Below are positions 22,842-24,000 of a DNA stretch of 24,000 nt, piece by piece (the first letter of the stretch is position 1; the number at the start of each line of letters is the position of its first letter). Source of the DNA: Lactobacillus agrestimuris (GTDB lineage: Bacteria > Bacillota > Bacilli > Lactobacillales > Lactobacillaceae); the NCBI RefSeq assembly GCF_943193025.1, contig NZ_CALPCQ010000004.1, positions 1 through 24,000 on the forward strand, in the 5' to 3' direction. A model generated the notes under the pieces. The model did no database searches. It saw only the letters and a program-made list of their open reading frames with translations, and had not been told where the DNA came from. The translations under genes and the position numbers were made by a program.

Positions 22842-23600
22842 ATGATACATAATTCAACTATAGATGCACAACTTAACCACCGCTCAATCAGAAAATACAA
22901 GGATAAAACTTTATCTAAAGAGCAATTAGAAACGCTCTACGAAGTTTTTCGTCAAACTCCAACCAGCATGTTCATGCAAAACGCAACTTTGATGCATATT
23001 ACCGATGAAGCAAAACGTGCCAAAATTCGTGAACTTTGCAATCAAAAGTATGTTGGTGCAGAAGGCGATTTATTCATCTTTGTAGTTGATCTTTACCGTA
23101 ATCAACAAATTCGTCACCAATTAGGAAAAGATGATGGTCGTGTTCACACAACTGATATTTTCTTCCAAGCTGTTGAAGATACCTTGTTGGCTTATCAAAA
23201 TGTGGCCAATGCTGTAGAAAGCATGGATCTTGGTTATGTGCCACTTGGTACCATCAATGATCATCCGCTTGAAATGCTTGCAGAATTAGACCTTCCAAAA
23301 TTGACTTTCCCAATCTTAGGAATGCAAGTTGGTGTACCTGACCAAGCACCACAATTGAAGCCACGTCTTCCACTTAAATTTACGACTTTTGAAAATGAAT
23401 ATTCAAAGGACTTTAATGTAAAGGATTTAGCAGATTATGATCAAGTTGTAACAACTTATTATGACTTGCGTGATTCTAATAAGAGAATCGATTCATTCAC
23501 TAATCAAATTACTGGTGCTAAGCTTGCAAAGCATGAAACTGATCGTGATGAATTACCAGAACTTTTACATAAACAAGAACTTTGTTTAGACTGGAAGTAA
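22842..23600 (+). CDS. NfsA/FRP-like NADPH-dependent nitroreductase family protein
   Basis: The N-terminus LNHRSIRKYKDKTLSKEQLETL...TPTSMFMQ is typical of the nitroreductase fold (NfsA subgroup). The protein is 252 aa. The RBS is AGAGGGAAG, and an extended -10 TGtATACT lies upstream (about 22803-22811). Confidence 0.85.
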   Translation: MIHNSTIDAQLNHRSIRKYKDKTLSKEQLETLYEVFRQTPTSMFMQNATLMHITDEAKRAKIRELCNQKYVGAEGDLFIFVVDLYRNQQIRHQLGKDDGRVHTTDIFFQAVEDTLLAYQNVANAVESMDLGYVPLGTINDHPLEMLAELDLPKLTFPILGMQVGVPDQAPQLKPRLPLKFTTFENEYSKDFNVKDLADYDQVVTTYYDLRDSNKRIDSFTNQITGAKLAKHETDRDELPELLHKQELCLDWK

Positions 23601-23665
23601 CATAATTGTATATGTGGCAATAATATTTAGATTGGAACTAGCATAATTATATGAGACAATAATAT
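23601..23665 (+). repeat. Two imperfect direct repeats of 24-26 bp (CATAATTgtATATGtgGCAATAATAT / CATAATTATATGagACAATAATAT) upstream of the last gene
   Basis: Copy 1 is 23601-23626 and copy 2 is 23642-23665. They are identical at 22 of 24 aligned positions with one 2-nt indel. Each copy ends in a -10-like TAATAT. Confidence 0.7.
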
Positions 23666-23685
23666 GATAGAAGGAGTTGAAACAT

Positions 23686-24000
23686 ATGCCTTATTCACTA
23701 TCGGAGATTATTGTCTTATTTTTTACCTATTCAGTAATTGGCTGGCTATGGGAGACATTCTATTGTTCACTTAAGGATCATCATTATGATTATCGTGGAT
23801 TTCTTTTTGGGCCATATTGTCCAGTTTATGGTTTTGCAGTTACAACAATCTTAATTTGTACATATCGCTTTCAAGACAACATTATTTTGTTGTTCTTGGT
23901 CGGAATTGTGGTAGCGACAATTTTTGAATATGTGGCTAGTCTGTTTCTTGAAAAAGTTTTCCACATGGTTTTATGGGACTATTCACATTTATGGGGAAAT
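23686..24000 (+). CDS. Membrane protein of the DUF1113 / putative ABC-transporter type IV family (5' part; continues beyond the window)
   Basis: It is not in the ORF track because it is truncated. ATG 23686 has an AAGGAG RBS 9 nt upstream. The translation is MPYSLSEIIVLFFTYSVIGWLWETFYCSLKDHHYDYRGFLFGPYCPVYGFAV..., and the frame stays open to 24000. Confidence 0.7.
   Translation, partial: MPYSLSEIIVLFFTYSVIGWLWETFYCSLKDHHYDYRGFLFGPYCPVYGFAVTTILICTYRFQDNIILLFLVGIVVATIFEYVASLFLEKVFHMVLWDYSHLWGN

Noticed and set aside
1-24000. A window-wide scan for CRISPR arrays, IS elements, integrases, prophage genes, toxin-antitoxin pairs and obvious frameshifted pseudogenes.
   Set aside because: None were found. 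All large ORFs are intact with plausible starts and stops. No regularly spaced direct repeats or terminal inverted repeats were seen.

Overview
This looks like a chromosomal segment from a low-GC Firmicute, most likely a Lactobacillus of the acidophilus group; that assignment is an inference from gene content and codon style only. Reading left to right:
- The distal end of an rrn operon: 5S rRNA tail, tRNA-Asn and a terminator.
- A mannose-family PTS operon, manL-manM-manN plus a DUF956 manO-like gene.
- A divergent pair of a LysR regulator and a hexapeptide sugar O-acetyltransferase.
- A CycA/AnsP-like amino-acid permease on the minus strand.
- adhE, with a Rex box and a 33-bp perfect palindrome over its promoter.
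- A mannitol operon ordered mtlR-mtlA-mtlF-mtlD.
- pckA on the minus strand, with candidate cre and Rex sites.
- A compact three-gene operon at about 17.2-22.7 kb: a TerB-N/TerB-C protein with an extra N-terminal YjbR/MmcQ-like module, a DUF2791/BrxD-like P-loop ATPase, and an Lhr-like SF2 helicase.
- An NfsA-like nitroreductase and the 5' end of a membrane protein.

The three-gene operon is the standout. Its architecture matches the TerB-ATPase-helicase triad known as the Shango anti-phage system, whose mechanism is unknown. It sits between housekeeping genes with no mobility genes nearby.

I saw no CRISPR array, transposase, integrase or obvious pseudogene. Several ORF-track starts appear over-extended; I re-called them from Shine-Dalgarno spacing. 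All domain calls come from reading motifs by eye, since no searches could be run.
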